A DNA stretch of 64,000 nt from Chloroflexota bacterium (GCA_020349245.1 CP070764.1:4396372-4460371); one strand, 5' to 3'. Positions 9,691-19,803 are shown, counted from the first letter of the stretch. Notes: generated from the sequence alone by a model not told the origin. A program made the numbers and translations.

Positions 9691-10605
9691 TTAAATGATC
9701 ACTTCTAAAGCAGATGGCAGGACCTTTACGGAAAGCTCCCTTACATCGGTGCCGAATCCAGCGAAGATCTCGCCGTCTGTGTGGATCACGAGGGGTCGGT
9801 CGGAGGTGATTTTCAACTCCCGGAATTTATTGATTCTGACTTGAGAGAAGCGACCATGTGTGCCATTCATCACCTCGGGCAGCAAGCGGAACATCATCGG
9901 ACGGGAGACGTCTTTGATCGCTGCGTAATCCAGCCATCCGTCATCTACCAACGCTTCGGGGGCGATGTGGAAGCCGCCTCCCTCGCGAGGGCCGTTGCAC
10001 AGCACGATCAGCAAGTTCTTTTCTTGCCAGGATTCTTGATCAGATTCGAATTGGATTATCGCCGGGTCATGATTCAACATGATCGTTTTGATGGCTGCAA
10101 TCAAGTACACCAAAAACCCGCTCAAGACCGGCACGTTTCGCGAATGAATAGTAGCCTTTGCATCAAAACCGATGCCCAAGGTATTATCCCAGAATTCCTT
10201 ACGGATGCCGCTTTCGATTTGAGCGATATCAATTGATTTTGGTTTGCCCGTGAATGCCTGGCGCATCGCTTGGGCTGGATCGGTTGCCACGCCGATATTG
10301 CTGGCGAAGTCGTTGCCTGTACCGACTGGAACGATACTCAGACGTGGCCTGCTTTCAGCAGGCACTTGCATGAGACCATTGATCACCTCGTGAGTGGTGC
10401 CATCTCCGCCGACAGAGATCACCTGCTTATAGCCTTCCTCGGCTGCCTGGCGAGCGAGCTCGGTAGCGTGGGTCGGGTAGACGGTGCCGCTCCAATCGGC
10501 TCCACCGAATTCCTCAACGAGCGACCGCAAATCCGCTCCCCATCTCCAGGCGCGTCCTAAATCTGCGTTGGGGTTAATAATTAATTTTGTATTATGTTTG
10601 GGCAT
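9691..10605 (-). CDS. diacylglycerol kinase family lipid kinase (YegS/BmrU-like)
   Basis: NP.A..G N-terminus, GGDGTTHEV motif and GTGNDFA motif. Confidence 0.85.
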   Translation of the reverse strand: MPKHNTKLIINPNADLGRAWRWGADLRSLVEEFGGADWSGTVYPTHATELARQAAEEGYKQVISVGGDGTTHEVINGLMQVPAESRPRLSIVPVGTGNDFASNIGVATDPAQAMRQAFTGKPKSIDIAQIESGIRKEFWDNTLGIGFDAKATIHSRNVPVLSGFLVYLIAAIKTIMLNHDPAIIQFESDQESWQEKNLLIVLCNGPREGGGFHIAPEALVDDGWLDYAAIKDVSRPMMFRLLPEVMNGTHGRFSQVRINKFRELKITSDRPLVIHTDGEIFAGFGTDVRELSVKVLPSALEVII

Positions 10606-10610
10606 AGACC

Positions 10611-11381
10611 TTACGGGTACCTGTGGAGAATTTCTGAGATTGGCAGGACAACCTGGCCTTCGAGTGGATCACCAACAAAGCAGACCTGTTCTGGATGAGT
10701 ACCTGCCAACCAGGCGGTGTAAGCCGCGACCAGTGCATCCAATTCTTCAGCTTCGTAGAGCTCCTCCAGGGGCAATATCCCTTGCAACAGGCGGTGCCTG
10801 GTGATTTCCTCAAAAATATACATCGGATCATGAATTTCTAAATCGCACTTATAGAGGATCAACTGGCGCTGTATGCGACCTTCGAGGGAATGCTTCGGCA
10901 GGGGCAGGTGTTCAAGGAGTACGGAGAAACAGGCGTGAGGGTAGACTTCCAGATATTGGTGGTCACTGTCTTTCTCAGACAAAGTGCGGTAATTCATCTG
11001 GTGCAGTCGCTGGTAAAGAATGAATCCCTGTTGCATCCACCTTGGGCAATCCTTCGCCTCGGCTGAAGTTTGGGGCATGTAAATATTGTGCTGACGCAAC
11101 TGATATTCAACGACCCGGAAATTCACCCACCGTCCTGGTCGAGGAGGCGGTGAAAGGCGGTCGCGCACCTCAACCCGATCCATTAAACCCTGATTTGGTC
11201 TGCGTGGGGAGCTTATAGCGACGACTGCCGAACGCTGCCCGGCTATAAAAGCCAGCACTTCCTCCATATCTCCATGGCCGATCGCCAGCAGGCCGAGATC
11301 TCGATCTAGAGCAGCGTAGGTTAACGGGCGGTCACCAGCAGTAGGATCAATGCCGAGGTATGTCGTGTGGCTATAAAACAT
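10611..11381 (-). CDS. DUF429-like (predicted RNase H-fold) protein
   Basis: YLGIDPTAG...AVVAISSP N-terminus, EVYPHACF and DALVAAYTAW segments resemble DUF429 proteins. Confidence 0.5.
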   Translation of the reverse strand: MFYSHTTYLGIDPTAGDRPLTYAALDRDLGLLAIGHGDMEEVLAFIAGQRSAVVAISSPRRPNQGLMDRVEVRDRLSPPPRPGRWVNFRVVEYQLRQHNIYMPQTSAEAKDCPRWMQQGFILYQRLHQMNYRTLSEKDSDHQYLEVYPHACFSVLLEHLPLPKHSLEGRIQRQLILYKCDLEIHDPMYIFEEITRHRLLQGILPLEELYEAEELDALVAAYTAWLAGTHPEQVCFVGDPLEGQVVLPISEILHRYP

Positions 11382-11559
11382 CGTGGTCGCAATTGCGTCT
11401 TGGAATTGGCTATGTTGAATAGAGTTTAGCGCAAAAGCTCCGAGGATGCAATATGGAAATCAGGATGTCTGTCATCTGGAGATCACGTCACCTATCTTTG
11501 ACTTGTCTGTTAGCCTGGACTATACTTAACAACGAAATCCAGAGATATTACATAAGGAG

Positions 11560-13146
11560 ATGGCGCAAATGGCTGAATCAACTTTCAAATTAACCTACGC
11601 AACCATGTTTAATCCGCCTGAAGAGCTGCACACTCGCTTTGAAGATGTTTTAGCTGGTGTGAAAGCCAACTTGGGGCAGGAACATGGCATGATCATTAAT
11701 GGTGAAGAGCGGTTTGCAGAAGAAAAATTTGAAGATCGATCTCCTGTAAACACAGACCTGGTTCTGGGTGTTTTCCAAAAGGGGACAGCTCAAGATGCGA
11801 ATGATGCTGTGGCTGCAGCTCGCCAAGCATTTCCCGTGTGGAGCAAGATGAAATGGCAAGAACGGGTCAGCCTGCTTCGCAAGGCAGCCGATTTGATCGA
11901 CCAGCGGACCTTTGAAATAGGCGCTGTCATGGCAATGGAAGTAGGCAAAAACCGCATGGAATCCTTAGGTGATGTTGCTGAAACCGCGGATTTAATCCGT
12001 TACGCCTGCTACCAAATGGAGAAGAATGAAGGCTATGTTGTCGAGATGGGTCGGGATCCATTGGTTGGTTACACTTCTACCAACACCTCTATGTTGCGAC
12101 CTTACGGTGTCTGGCTTGTGATCAGTCCCTTTAATTTTCCAGCTGCATTGACCGGAGGTCCCTCTGGTGCTGCCCTGGTTGCTGGAAATACAATCGTCAT
12201 CAAGCCAGCCACGGATACGCCTTTTGTGGTCCGCTTACTGGCAGAGTGCTTCCGGGATGCAGGTCTTCCAGATGGAGTCTTCAATTTCGTCACCGGACCT
12301 GGCAGCACATTGGGCCAGGCTTTAATCGACAACCCGGAGGTGGACGGTGTCACCTTCACTGGTTCCTATGATGTGGGCATGGGGATTTTCCGGAATTTTG
12401 CGCAGCGAAATTATGTGCGACCAACTATCCTGGAATTGGGTGGGAAAAATCCAGCGATTATCTCGCGCCACGCCGATATCGAACGGGCTGCGATCGGTAT
12501 CGTGCGTTCGGCATTTGGCCTGCAGGGACAGAAATGCTCTGCCTGTTCGCGGGTGCTTGTCGAAGAACCACTCTATGATGCTCTGGTCGAACAGGTCGTT
12601 GGGCTGACAAAGAAACTGGTGGTTGGCGATCCCACAGAACGGGAAGTTTATATGGGCCCAGTGATTAACCGCAGCTCCTATAAGGATTTCCAGGATTTCA
12701 CTGAAGAGCTTTCTGGGGCTGGTCGCTTCCTGACCGGTGGAAAGATCCTGACCGAAGGAGATTTTGCCAAGGGTTATTTCTGCCCTCCCACGCTGGTCGC
12801 TGGTCTCCCGCATGACCACCGCTTGTGGAAACATGAGATGTTCCTGCCCATTACCACGGTAACCAAAGTTGCCAATCTGGATGAAGCCATGAAAATGGCC
12901 AACGAGGTCACCTATGGATTAACCGCAGGATTTTATGGTTCAGCAGAGGAAACCAAGTGGTTCTTTGAGAATATCCAAGCGGGAGTAAATTACGCCAACC
13001 GGCCACAAGGCGCTACCACTGGTGCTTGGCCTGGATTCCAGCCATTTGGTGGTTGGAAAGGTTCCGGATCGTCTGGCAAGAACGCTGGTGGTCACTATTA
13101 TCTGCAGCTTTATATGCACGAACAGATCCAAACCCTTGTCGACTAA
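11560..13146 (+). CDS. pruA: L-glutamate gamma-semialdehyde (1-pyrroline-5-carboxylate) dehydrogenase, aldehyde dehydrogenase family
   Basis: LELGGKNP and GQKCSACSR catalytic motifs, 528 aa. The RBS aaggag abuts the ATG at 11560, so the ATG at 11569 may be the true start. Confidence 0.8.
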   Translation: MAQMAESTFKLTYATMFNPPEELHTRFEDVLAGVKANLGQEHGMIINGEERFAEEKFEDRSPVNTDLVLGVFQKGTAQDANDAVAAARQAFPVWSKMKWQERVSLLRKAADLIDQRTFEIGAVMAMEVGKNRMESLGDVAETADLIRYACYQMEKNEGYVVEMGRDPLVGYTSTNTSMLRPYGVWLVISPFNFPAALTGGPSGAALVAGNTIVIKPATDTPFVVRLLAECFRDAGLPDGVFNFVTGPGSTLGQALIDNPEVDGVTFTGSYDVGMGIFRNFAQRNYVRPTILELGGKNPAIISRHADIERAAIGIVRSAFGLQGQKCSACSRVLVEEPLYDALVEQVVGLTKKLVVGDPTEREVYMGPVINRSSYKDFQDFTEELSGAGRFLTGGKILTEGDFAKGYFCPPTLVAGLPHDHRLWKHEMFLPITTVTKVANLDEAMKMANEVTYGLTAGFYGSAEETKWFFENIQAGVNYANRPQGATTGAWPGFQPFGGWKGSGSSGKNAGGHYYLQLYMHEQIQTLVD

Positions 13147-13227
13147 TACTCTGATGGGGAATGGGAAATGATCTGCTGGGGATAAGGTGGATACCATATC
13201 CCCAGCTAACTGCGCGCTGGTCTTTGT

Positions 13228-14139
13228 ATGGTGACTATGGATAAAATTACCTCCCTCTCTGAAGCGATTCGGGAAAATGTTCACTCAGGTGATACGGTTT
13301 ATGCAGCTGGTTTCACCCACCTGATCCCATTTGCCGCTGGACATGAGATCATCCGTCAGGGAATCACTGGTCTGGTCTTAGCCCGAGCGACACCCGATCT
13401 AATCTATGACCAGCTCGTGGCTGCTGGCTGTGCAAAGAAGGTAATCTTTTCTTATATGGGCAATCCGGGTGTGGGTTCGCTGCGGATCGTAAGAGGGGAG
13501 ATCGAAGCAGGCAATCTGGAGTGGGAGGAGTATTCCCATTTTGGCATGATCACCCGGCTGCAAGCCGGGGCAGCTGGCTTGCCTTTTCTGCCCATGAATC
13601 CCACAGCCGCGGACGATCTAGAGGGGGCAAACAATCATTATCGCAAGATAAAAGATCCTTATTCGGATCAAGAGGTTGTCACCGTCCCGGCGCTCAACCC
13701 GGACGTGGCAATTGTCCATGTCCAGAGAGCAGATGCGGAGGGCAACGCGCAGATCTGGGGCATCATCGGTGAACAGAAGGAAGCGGCCTTCGCAGCAAAA
13801 CGGGTGATCCTGACAGCGGAGGAGATCGTCGATCAGGAGGTTATCCGTTCAGATCCGAATAGAACTTTGATCCCAGGTTTCATTGTAAGCGCTGTTTGCC
13901 ACGTCCCCTACGCAGCACATCCATCTTATACTCAGGGTTATTATGATCGGGATAATGCTTTCTACCTGGAGTGGGACTCGATCAGCTCTGATAAGGATTC
14001 TGTGCAGGCATACCTGGACCAATGGGTGTTCGCAGTCGAAGATCGCGCTGAATATTGGCACAAGCTGGGACCCGAGGTCCACGCTCGCCTGAAAGTAGTC
14101 AGCCGGTACAGCGAACCGGTGAACTACGGTCAGTATTGA
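13228..14139 (+). CDS. CoA-transferase subunit A (glutaconate/3-oxoacid CoA-transferase family)
   Basis: Family I CoA-transferase A-like sequence (ITSLSEAI...GDTVYAAGF; AIVHVQRADAEGNAQI), paired with a B subunit downstream. Confidence 0.8.
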   Translation: MVTMDKITSLSEAIRENVHSGDTVYAAGFTHLIPFAAGHEIIRQGITGLVLARATPDLIYDQLVAAGCAKKVIFSYMGNPGVGSLRIVRGEIEAGNLEWEEYSHFGMITRLQAGAAGLPFLPMNPTAADDLEGANNHYRKIKDPYSDQEVVTVPALNPDVAIVHVQRADAEGNAQIWGIIGEQKEAAFAAKRVILTAEEIVDQEVIRSDPNRTLIPGFIVSAVCHVPYAAHPSYTQGYYDRDNAFYLEWDSISSDKDSVQAYLDQWVFAVEDRAEYWHKLGPEVHARLKVVSRYSEPVNYGQY

Positions 14140-14201
14140 ACGGAAAAAGGCGAGAATATCAGCCGAATCAATTTTGGAATTTGCTTCTTGTAAGGAAAAA
14201 G

Positions 14202-14372
14202 ATGGAATCCCAACTGGTGAAGCATTGGAAAATCCAACCGGGTGGTGAGCAGCCATATTCCCCATCTCTTGCCACCAGGCTGGGATATACAACCCGAGAG
14301 GTCAATCAAATTCTTTATGTCAGTGGTCCATTAGAAAATGATTGTGCACCATATCAACATGAGTCTCCCTAA
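14202..14372 (+). CDS. possible 56-aa winged-helix-like small protein between the CoA-transferase subunit genes
   Basis: My own reading: aagga RBS, then ATG at 14202. It encodes MESQLVKHWKIQPGGEQPYSPSLATRLGYTTREVNQILYVSGPLENDCAPYQHESP. The LA..LG....VN..LY pattern is wHTH-like. It fills an otherwise empty 240-bp gap. Confidence 0.3.
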   Translation: MESQLVKHWKIQPGGEQPYSPSLATRLGYTTREVNQILYVSGPLENDCAPYQHESP

Positions 14373-14384
14373 AGAAACTTGAAC

Positions 14385-15149
14385 ATGGACAAATCCTACA
14401 CCTCTGCTGAATTAATGACCATAAATGCCGCTCGATTATTGCGGGATGGTGATGTTGTATTTGTTGGGGTAGGTTTACCCAATCTGGCGTGCAATTTAGC
14501 CAGGCGGACCCATGCACCGCAGTTGGTGATGATATACGAGGCGGGGGTGATCGGTGCTCAACCGGCACGGCTACCCCTCTCGATTGGTGATCCGACCCTT
14601 GTCAGCGGGGCACTGAGTGTCTGCAGCATGTACGACATCTTCAGCTTCTATTTACAGCGCGGTAATATCGATGTTGGTTTCCTGGGCGGCGCACAGATCG
14701 ACCGGTTTGGCAACATCAATGCCACAGTTATCGGGGATTACCAGCAGCCGAAAGTCCGCCTGCCTGGATCCGGTGGTTCGATGGAAATTGCCGCCTGGGC
14801 AAATCGCTGCTACATCATGACCCCGCACCAAAAACGGCGTTTTCCCGAGCAGGTCGATTTTCGCACCTCTGCTGGCTTCCTCGGTGGGTTGGCGCAGCGT
14901 AAGGCAGCCAACTTGCCTGGGCAAGGCCCCCTAGCTGTAGTGACTAACCTGGGTCTGCTGGAACCAGACGAAAACGGTGAGCTGATCCTGACTGCCCTGC
15001 ACCCGGATATTGATGTGGAGCAGGTCCGTGAAAATACAGGTTGGACCCTTAAAGTCGCCCACCAGCTGGAGTTCACCCAGCCACCTACACGGGAGGAGCT
15101 CAACATTCTACGTGAAGACCTCGATCCTGATGGGATATATCTCAAGTAG
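14385..15149 (+). CDS. CoA-transferase subunit B
   Basis: Contains GSGGSMEIA, matching the SENG-like active-site region context of family I CoA-transferase B subunits. The track start at 14379 is TTG; the ATG at 14385 gives MDKSYTS.. Confidence 0.8.
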   Translation: MDKSYTSAELMTINAARLLRDGDVVFVGVGLPNLACNLARRTHAPQLVMIYEAGVIGAQPARLPLSIGDPTLVSGALSVCSMYDIFSFYLQRGNIDVGFLGGAQIDRFGNINATVIGDYQQPKVRLPGSGGSMEIAAWANRCYIMTPHQKRRFPEQVDFRTSAGFLGGLAQRKAANLPGQGPLAVVTNLGLLEPDENGELILTALHPDIDVEQVRENTGWTLKVAHQLEFTQPPTREELNILREDLDPDGIYLK

Positions 15150-15188
15150 GGACGGGGAAATAACCATTCGATAGCTGAGTAAAACCGC

Positions 15189-16109
15189 ATGGAATCACCA
15201 ACCTCTCCACCACGCCACTGGCTACAGAAAATCTTCATTTCTCCGCACGAATCTCGCCTGCGCGCTGGTTGGCGATTGGCAGGACAATCCCTGCTTTTGA
15301 TTTTTGCCTTGAGCCTTTTTAGCTCGCTGGGAAATGGTGTGCTGAGCACGCGGAGCGACATATCTTATGCCGGCTTGCTCCTGTTTTCGACTATGATCTC
15401 CAGCCTGGCAGTCACTGCCTCGATTTTTATCGCCAGGAGATTATTAGACCAGCGGTCATTTGTCTCCTTGGGATTGGAGATCAAGAGTCAGTCTGTTAAG
15501 GATATCTTATTTGGGGTCCTGCTGAGCGGTTTGATGGTCGGGGTGATCTACCTGTTGTTTTGGGCATTTGGCTGGTTGGAGGTCGAATCGCTGGCCTGGC
15601 ATGTGGAGGGCTGGGGGTCCTTATTGTCCTCCGTCCTGGTCATGATCTCCTTTTTTGTACTGGTAGCTTGGCAGGAGGAACTGCTGCTGCGCGGCTACTG
15701 GCTCCAGAATCTCAGCGATGGACTCAGCCGGTCCCTGGGTGTTCTGCTATCATCCGCTTTATTTGCCTTTGCCCATGTGGTTAATCCGAACCTCTCATGG
15801 GAAGCATATCTCGGTATTTTCCTGTCAGGCCTGTTCCTGGCATACGGTTACCTGCGAACAAATCAGCTCTGGTTACCGATAGGTTTGCACATTGGCTGGA
15901 ATTTGTTTGAGGGGACGGTTTTCGGTTTTCCAGTAAGCGGTCAGTACTATTATCAGCTGGTCCGTCAAACGCTTAGCGGACCGGAGATCATCACAGGGGG
16001 CGCTTTTGGACCTGAAGCGGGATTCATCTTGCTACCTGTTTTACTGCTGGGTGTGGCAGGTATATTCTGGTATACGCGCAACCGGAGTCCGGTTCAGGGG
16101 GCGAATTGA
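15189..16109 (+). CDS. CPBP family intramembrane glutamic endopeptidase (CAAX protease-like)
   Basis: EELLLRGY and FAFAH motifs in a multi-TM protein. Confidence 0.85.
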   Translation: MESPTSPPRHWLQKIFISPHESRLRAGWRLAGQSLLLIFALSLFSSLGNGVLSTRSDISYAGLLLFSTMISSLAVTASIFIARRLLDQRSFVSLGLEIKSQSVKDILFGVLLSGLMVGVIYLLFWAFGWLEVESLAWHVEGWGSLLSSVLVMISFFVLVAWQEELLLRGYWLQNLSDGLSRSLGVLLSSALFAFAHVVNPNLSWEAYLGIFLSGLFLAYGYLRTNQLWLPIGLHIGWNLFEGTVFGFPVSGQYYYQLVRQTLSGPEIITGGAFGPEAGFILLPVLLLGVAGIFWYTRNRSPVQGAN

Positions 16110-16162
16110 AGTGCAGCTAAATTCTCCCAGCCACTCAATAATATAAGTTCCTTGAAAGCGAA

Positions 16163-17695
16163 ATGAACTTCTTCTTGGCCTTCATCCCTATTGCATTCAT
16201 CCTGGTTCTGATGGTTGGTTTTCGCTGGGGAGCTGCCCGTTCAGGGGGGATTGGATATCTAAGCGCGCTGCTTATCGCCGTCCTTTTCTTCGGTGCGAGG
16301 GAGAATTTACTGGCTTACGCTCATACAAAAGCGCTTCTGCTCACGATAGATGTGCTTTTCGTAATCTGGGCAGCCTTCCTCCTCTACCGGGTGGCTGATG
16401 AAGCTGGCGCCATAAACACCATCGGCCAGGCTTTACCCCACCTAACCGCAGATAAAGGCATGCAAGCCTTGATCATCGGTTGGGTTTTTGCCTCATTTTT
16501 GCAGGGTGTCGGGGGGTTTGGCGTTCCGGTGGCGGTAATTGCCCCGATACTGGTTGGTCTCGGCTTCTCCCCATTGCAGGCAGTTGTTATCCCTTCGCTT
16601 GGTCATGGTTGGGCAGTTACCTTTGGTTCCCTGGGCTCATCATTCATTGCGCTGATGGCGGCTACGGGTTTACCTGCCGAGGTGCTTGCTCCCCCCGCAG
16701 CATTATTCCTCTCCCTTTCCGGTCCCTTAACTGGTTTCTTTGTTGCCCACGCAGCTGATGGCAGGCAGGCTGTTCGTCGTTTGGCTGTGCCCATCATGGT
16801 ACTGGGAATATCGATGGGCTTGACGCAATATTTTGTAGCCACTTCCGGGTTGTGGAATATTGGCGCATTCTCTGCCGGAATGGTTGGTCTATTGCTCTCC
16901 ATACCCCTTGCACGCCGATATCGGGGAGAAGAAAGGGATAATGGTTCGCTTGACCAACGAGCTTTGATGGTGGCCGTATCAGGATATATCATCCTGATCG
17001 TGATTACTTTGAGTGTGCAGCTGATTCAACCAGTGAATGATTTTCTGGGACAAGTGGTTCTGCGGGTGAATTTTCCAGCTGTCGAAACTACGCTGGGGTA
17101 TTTCACTGAAGCTGGACCAGGCCGTGTAATTGCACCCTTTCGTCACGCAGGGGCTATACTGACCATATCTTCAGTTATTGCCTACCTAATTTACAACAAT
17201 GCAGGTCTTTATCAGCGTGGAGCTGCGCGCAGGATTATTTCCGGCATGGTAAAACGGGTCATGTCCTCCAGTGTGAGCATAGCCTCCATGGTGGCTATGG
17301 CGGTGATCATGCAAAATTCCGGCATGACTGACACCTTGGCGCGCGGTCTGGCGAACAGCATGGGCAGAGCCTATCCTATAGTTGCGCCCTGGATTGGTGC
17401 ATTAGGGGCCTTCATGACTGGAAGTAATACCAATTCGAATGTTATTTTTGGTGCTCTGCAGCTACGCACTGCCCAATTGCTTGGTTATAGTGCCGCGATT
17501 ATATTGGGAGCACAGACTGCTGGCGCAGCCTTGGCTTCGATCCTGGCCCCCACGAAAATTGTGGTCGGTGCGAGTACTGCCGGTATGGCAGGCCGGGAGG
17601 GTGATGTACTGCGCAAGCTTTTGGTATACACGGGTGTGCTTTTGTTGTTCATCAGTTTGCTTGCATTCCTGAGTATCTGGCTAAACCTGTGGTAA
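16163..17695 (+). CDS. lctP: L-lactate permease (LctP family)
   Basis: 510-aa polytopic protein with the LctP-type GALGAFMTGSNTNSNVIFGALQ segment. Confidence 0.8.
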   Translation: MNFFLAFIPIAFILVLMVGFRWGAARSGGIGYLSALLIAVLFFGARENLLAYAHTKALLLTIDVLFVIWAAFLLYRVADEAGAINTIGQALPHLTADKGMQALIIGWVFASFLQGVGGFGVPVAVIAPILVGLGFSPLQAVVIPSLGHGWAVTFGSLGSSFIALMAATGLPAEVLAPPAALFLSLSGPLTGFFVAHAADGRQAVRRLAVPIMVLGISMGLTQYFVATSGLWNIGAFSAGMVGLLLSIPLARRYRGEERDNGSLDQRALMVAVSGYIILIVITLSVQLIQPVNDFLGQVVLRVNFPAVETTLGYFTEAGPGRVIAPFRHAGAILTISSVIAYLIYNNAGLYQRGAARRIISGMVKRVMSSSVSIASMVAMAVIMQNSGMTDTLARGLANSMGRAYPIVAPWIGALGAFMTGSNTNSNVIFGALQLRTAQLLGYSAAIILGAQTAGAALASILAPTKIVVGASTAGMAGREGDVLRKLLVYTGVLLLFISLLAFLSIWLNLW

Positions 17696-17720
17696 GCATA
17701 GCAAGGGGAGTGATCTGCTG

Positions 17721-17903
17721 ATGGAAAAATTCAAATATAATCTCAGTGAGAAAAAGTTTAAGCTGCACTTGGTAGCACTGCTGCTTATGCTGATTCCATC
17801 GGTGCCAATGTTCTTCGCAGCGCAATACTCTGCGACAGGCTTGATCTGGTTTCTGGTTGGAATTGTCGTCCTGGGAAACCTGATCGTGGTTTTTATCCCT
17901 TAG
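17721..17903 (+). CDS. small two-TM membrane protein (60 aa)
   Basis: ORF track entry with two hydrophobic helices. It is tightly packed between lctP and galK. Confidence 0.4.
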   Translation: MEKFKYNLSEKKFKLHLVALLLMLIPSVPMFFAAQYSATGLIWFLVGIVVLGNLIVVFIP

Positions 17904-17905
17904 AG

Positions 17906-19081
17906 ATGGATATCCCAAGATTACGCAGAGATTTCCTCAGGCGAGTTGGTCACGAACCGGAGAAGATCTTTCGCGCGCCGGGTCGGGTAAACCTGCTCGG
18001 CGAACACGTGGATTACAACGGGGGACCGGTACTGCCAGCGGCAATTGACCGGGCGGTTTATCTGGCAGCCAGGTCAAATAAATCCACCATGCTGGAGTTA
18101 TATGCCTTAGATCTCGATGAAGAAACAACAATTGATCTCGAGATACTCGAGGCAAAGCAGGACTCGGCAGGTAAGCCTCTACCAGGTTGGGCGTGTTATC
18201 CGGCTGGTGTTGCCTGGTCTTTGAGCAACGCTGGCCTGCAGCTCAGCGGAATGCAAGCTGTTTATTGTTCAGAGGTACCCATTGGGGCAGGACTGAGTTC
18301 TTCTGCAGCGGTAGAAATGGCATTTGCCGTTACTTGGCAAGCCTTTGGTGATTGGACATTAGAAAGAATGACCTTGGCCAAGCTCTGCCAGCAAGCCGAG
18401 AATGAATATGTCGGTGTTGCCAGTGGCTTAATGGATCAATTTGCCAGTGCGCACGGGGTGGCAGGAAGTGCATTGTATTTTGACACGCGCAGCTTGGACT
18501 GGTATCCGGTGCCTCTACCCCCGGATACAGTCTTGATCGTCGCCGATTCTGGTATCCGCCGCAGTTTGACGAGTTCGGCATATAACGAACGCAGAGCATC
18601 TTGCGAGGAAGCCGTGGCAATTCTCAAGCAACAACTTCCCTGGATAGAGATGCTGGCGGATGTCAACCCAGAAGATTTTGATAATTACCAAGACCACCTT
18701 CCTCCTGAAGTCAGCCTGCGCGCCCAGCATGTGATCGGGGAAATCGAGCGCGTTGGTTCAGCAGTGAGCGCATTGGAAAGTGGAGACTGCGAGAGATTCG
18801 GTATGTTGATGTATGCAGGCCATGCCAGTCTGCGCGATCTCTACCAGGTTAGCACGCCAGAACTGGATATGCTGGTTGAGATTGCCAGCCGTATACCCGG
18901 TTGTATCGGTGCCCGCTTAACCGGCGCGGGTTTCGGGGGGTGTACGATCAATCTTGTTGAGGAACACCAGGCACAAGACTTCATGTATAGGCTCAAGGCA
19001 GGTTACCTTGAAGAAACAGGTAAAGAAACGAACATCTATCTGTGCCAGGCAAGCCAGGGTGCAGGCCAGATCGAGGGGTAA
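17906..19081 (+). CDS. galK: galactokinase
   Basis: GRVNLLGEHVDYNGG signature, GAGLSSSAA (GHMP ATP motif) and GAGFGGC. Confidence 0.92.
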   Translation: MDIPRLRRDFLRRVGHEPEKIFRAPGRVNLLGEHVDYNGGPVLPAAIDRAVYLAARSNKSTMLELYALDLDEETTIDLEILEAKQDSAGKPLPGWACYPAGVAWSLSNAGLQLSGMQAVYCSEVPIGAGLSSSAAVEMAFAVTWQAFGDWTLERMTLAKLCQQAENEYVGVASGLMDQFASAHGVAGSALYFDTRSLDWYPVPLPPDTVLIVADSGIRRSLTSSAYNERRASCEEAVAILKQQLPWIEMLADVNPEDFDNYQDHLPPEVSLRAQHVIGEIERVGSAVSALESGDCERFGMLMYAGHASLRDLYQVSTPELDMLVEIASRIPGCIGARLTGAGFGGCTINLVEEHQAQDFMYRLKAGYLEETGKETNIYLCQASQGAGQIEG

Positions 19082-19149
19082 TTTCAACTTCTTCCACCAC
19101 ACACACCGAGACCAAAACTAATCGGGCAGAATATTAAATCATCCTTATG

Positions 19150-19183
19150 ACATCCATCTGGAAGGAATATGGATGTTTTTTTT
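19150..19183 (+). terminator. rho-independent terminator after galK
   Basis: acatccat (19150-19157) pairs with atggatgt (19169-19176), followed by a run of 8 T. Confidence 0.7.
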
Positions 19184-19184
19184 C

Positions 19185-19213
19185 TTGACAAATTACTGAA
19201 TTTGCGATAAAGT
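19185..19213 (+). promoter_or_regulatory. candidate sigma70-type promoter
   Basis: TTGACA (19185-19190), a 17-nt spacer, then TAAAGT (19208-19213), about 40 nt upstream of the ATG at 19254. Confidence 0.3.
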
Positions 19214-19253
19214 ATTCCATACACCATCCATGTGGATGGTGACAGGAGTTTCG

Positions 19254-19424
19254 ATGAATACAAACTTGAAGATTCTTGAATTATTTGAAAAAGCCCAAAT
19301 TACTTTCGATGAAGCAATAGAATTGCTGCAGGCACTGTCGATTAAGTTTCCATCTTTACCGGTCAATAGGGAACAGGATGGGATTGAGATCAAGCTCTTC
19401 ACCCGGAGGGAAAAAGATGTCTGA
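19254..19424 (+). CDS. small hypothetical protein (56 aa)
   Basis: aggag RBS, then the ATG at 19254: MNTNLKILELFEKAQITFDEAIELLQAL... Its stop overlaps the next gene's start. Confidence 0.4.
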   Translation: MNTNLKILELFEKAQITFDEAIELLQALSIKFPSLPVNREQDGIEIKLFTRREKDV

Positions 19425-19803
19425 AACGGAAAAAATTACCATCAATATGAGCGTAGTTGATCTGGGAAAGATCGATCTCCTGGTTCAGGAAGGGCTTTAT
19501 TCGAACCGCACGGATTTCATCCGGACTGCCATCCGCAACCAGATCAAGTCGAATGAATTCGAATTGCAGCAATCTGTTCGTCGTCATTCATTTGGCATCG
19601 GAGTATTTTATTTCAATCGGGCTGATCTGGAGGCAGTCAAAGCAGAAGGGAAAATGCTCACCATCACCGCAGTTGGTTTGCTGCAGTTCTCCGATGATGT
19701 CTCTCCTGAATTGGCCGCGGAGACGATTGAGAGAATCCGCATCAGAGGTGTTTTCCGGGCGCCAGAAGTTGTTAAGCAGGTCCTTTCAGATCGGATTGAA
19801 TGA
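19417..19803 (+). CDS. ribbon-helix-helix (CopG-like) domain protein
   Basis: ggaggg RBS, then the ATG at 19417. The N-terminus ITINMSVVDLGKIDLLVQEGLYSNRTDFIRTAIRNQI has a typical RHH pattern. Confidence 0.55.
   Translation: MSETEKITINMSVVDLGKIDLLVQEGLYSNRTDFIRTAIRNQIKSNEFELQQSVRRHSFGIGVFYFNRADLEAVKAEGKMLTITAVGLLQFSDDVSPELAAETIERIRIRGVFRAPEVVKQVLSDRIE

Noticed and set aside
8026-11381. 548-aa hypothetical, lipid kinase and DUF429-like nuclease-fold protein considered as a possible defence island.
   Set aside because: There are no recognisable defence domains (no helicase/ATPase motor, nuclease active-site motif, methylase or TIR/SIR2). The lipid kinase looks like an ordinary YegS-type enzyme. 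The evidence is too thin to claim a system.
12322-12834. 170-aa minus-strand ORF within the aldehyde dehydrogenase gene. Similar cases are 14810-15361, 34513-35025, 41975-42532, 55050-55559, 60042-60506 and 61652-62239.
   Set aside because: All are embedded antisense in genes with strong family motifs. None has an RBS or recognisable domain.
19254-19803. Small ORF plus RHH protein considered as a toxin-antitoxin pair.
   Set aside because: The order and sizes do not fit known RHH antitoxin/toxin modules. The RHH protein is the downstream, larger gene with its own C-terminal domain, and the upstream 56-aa product has no toxin-like features.
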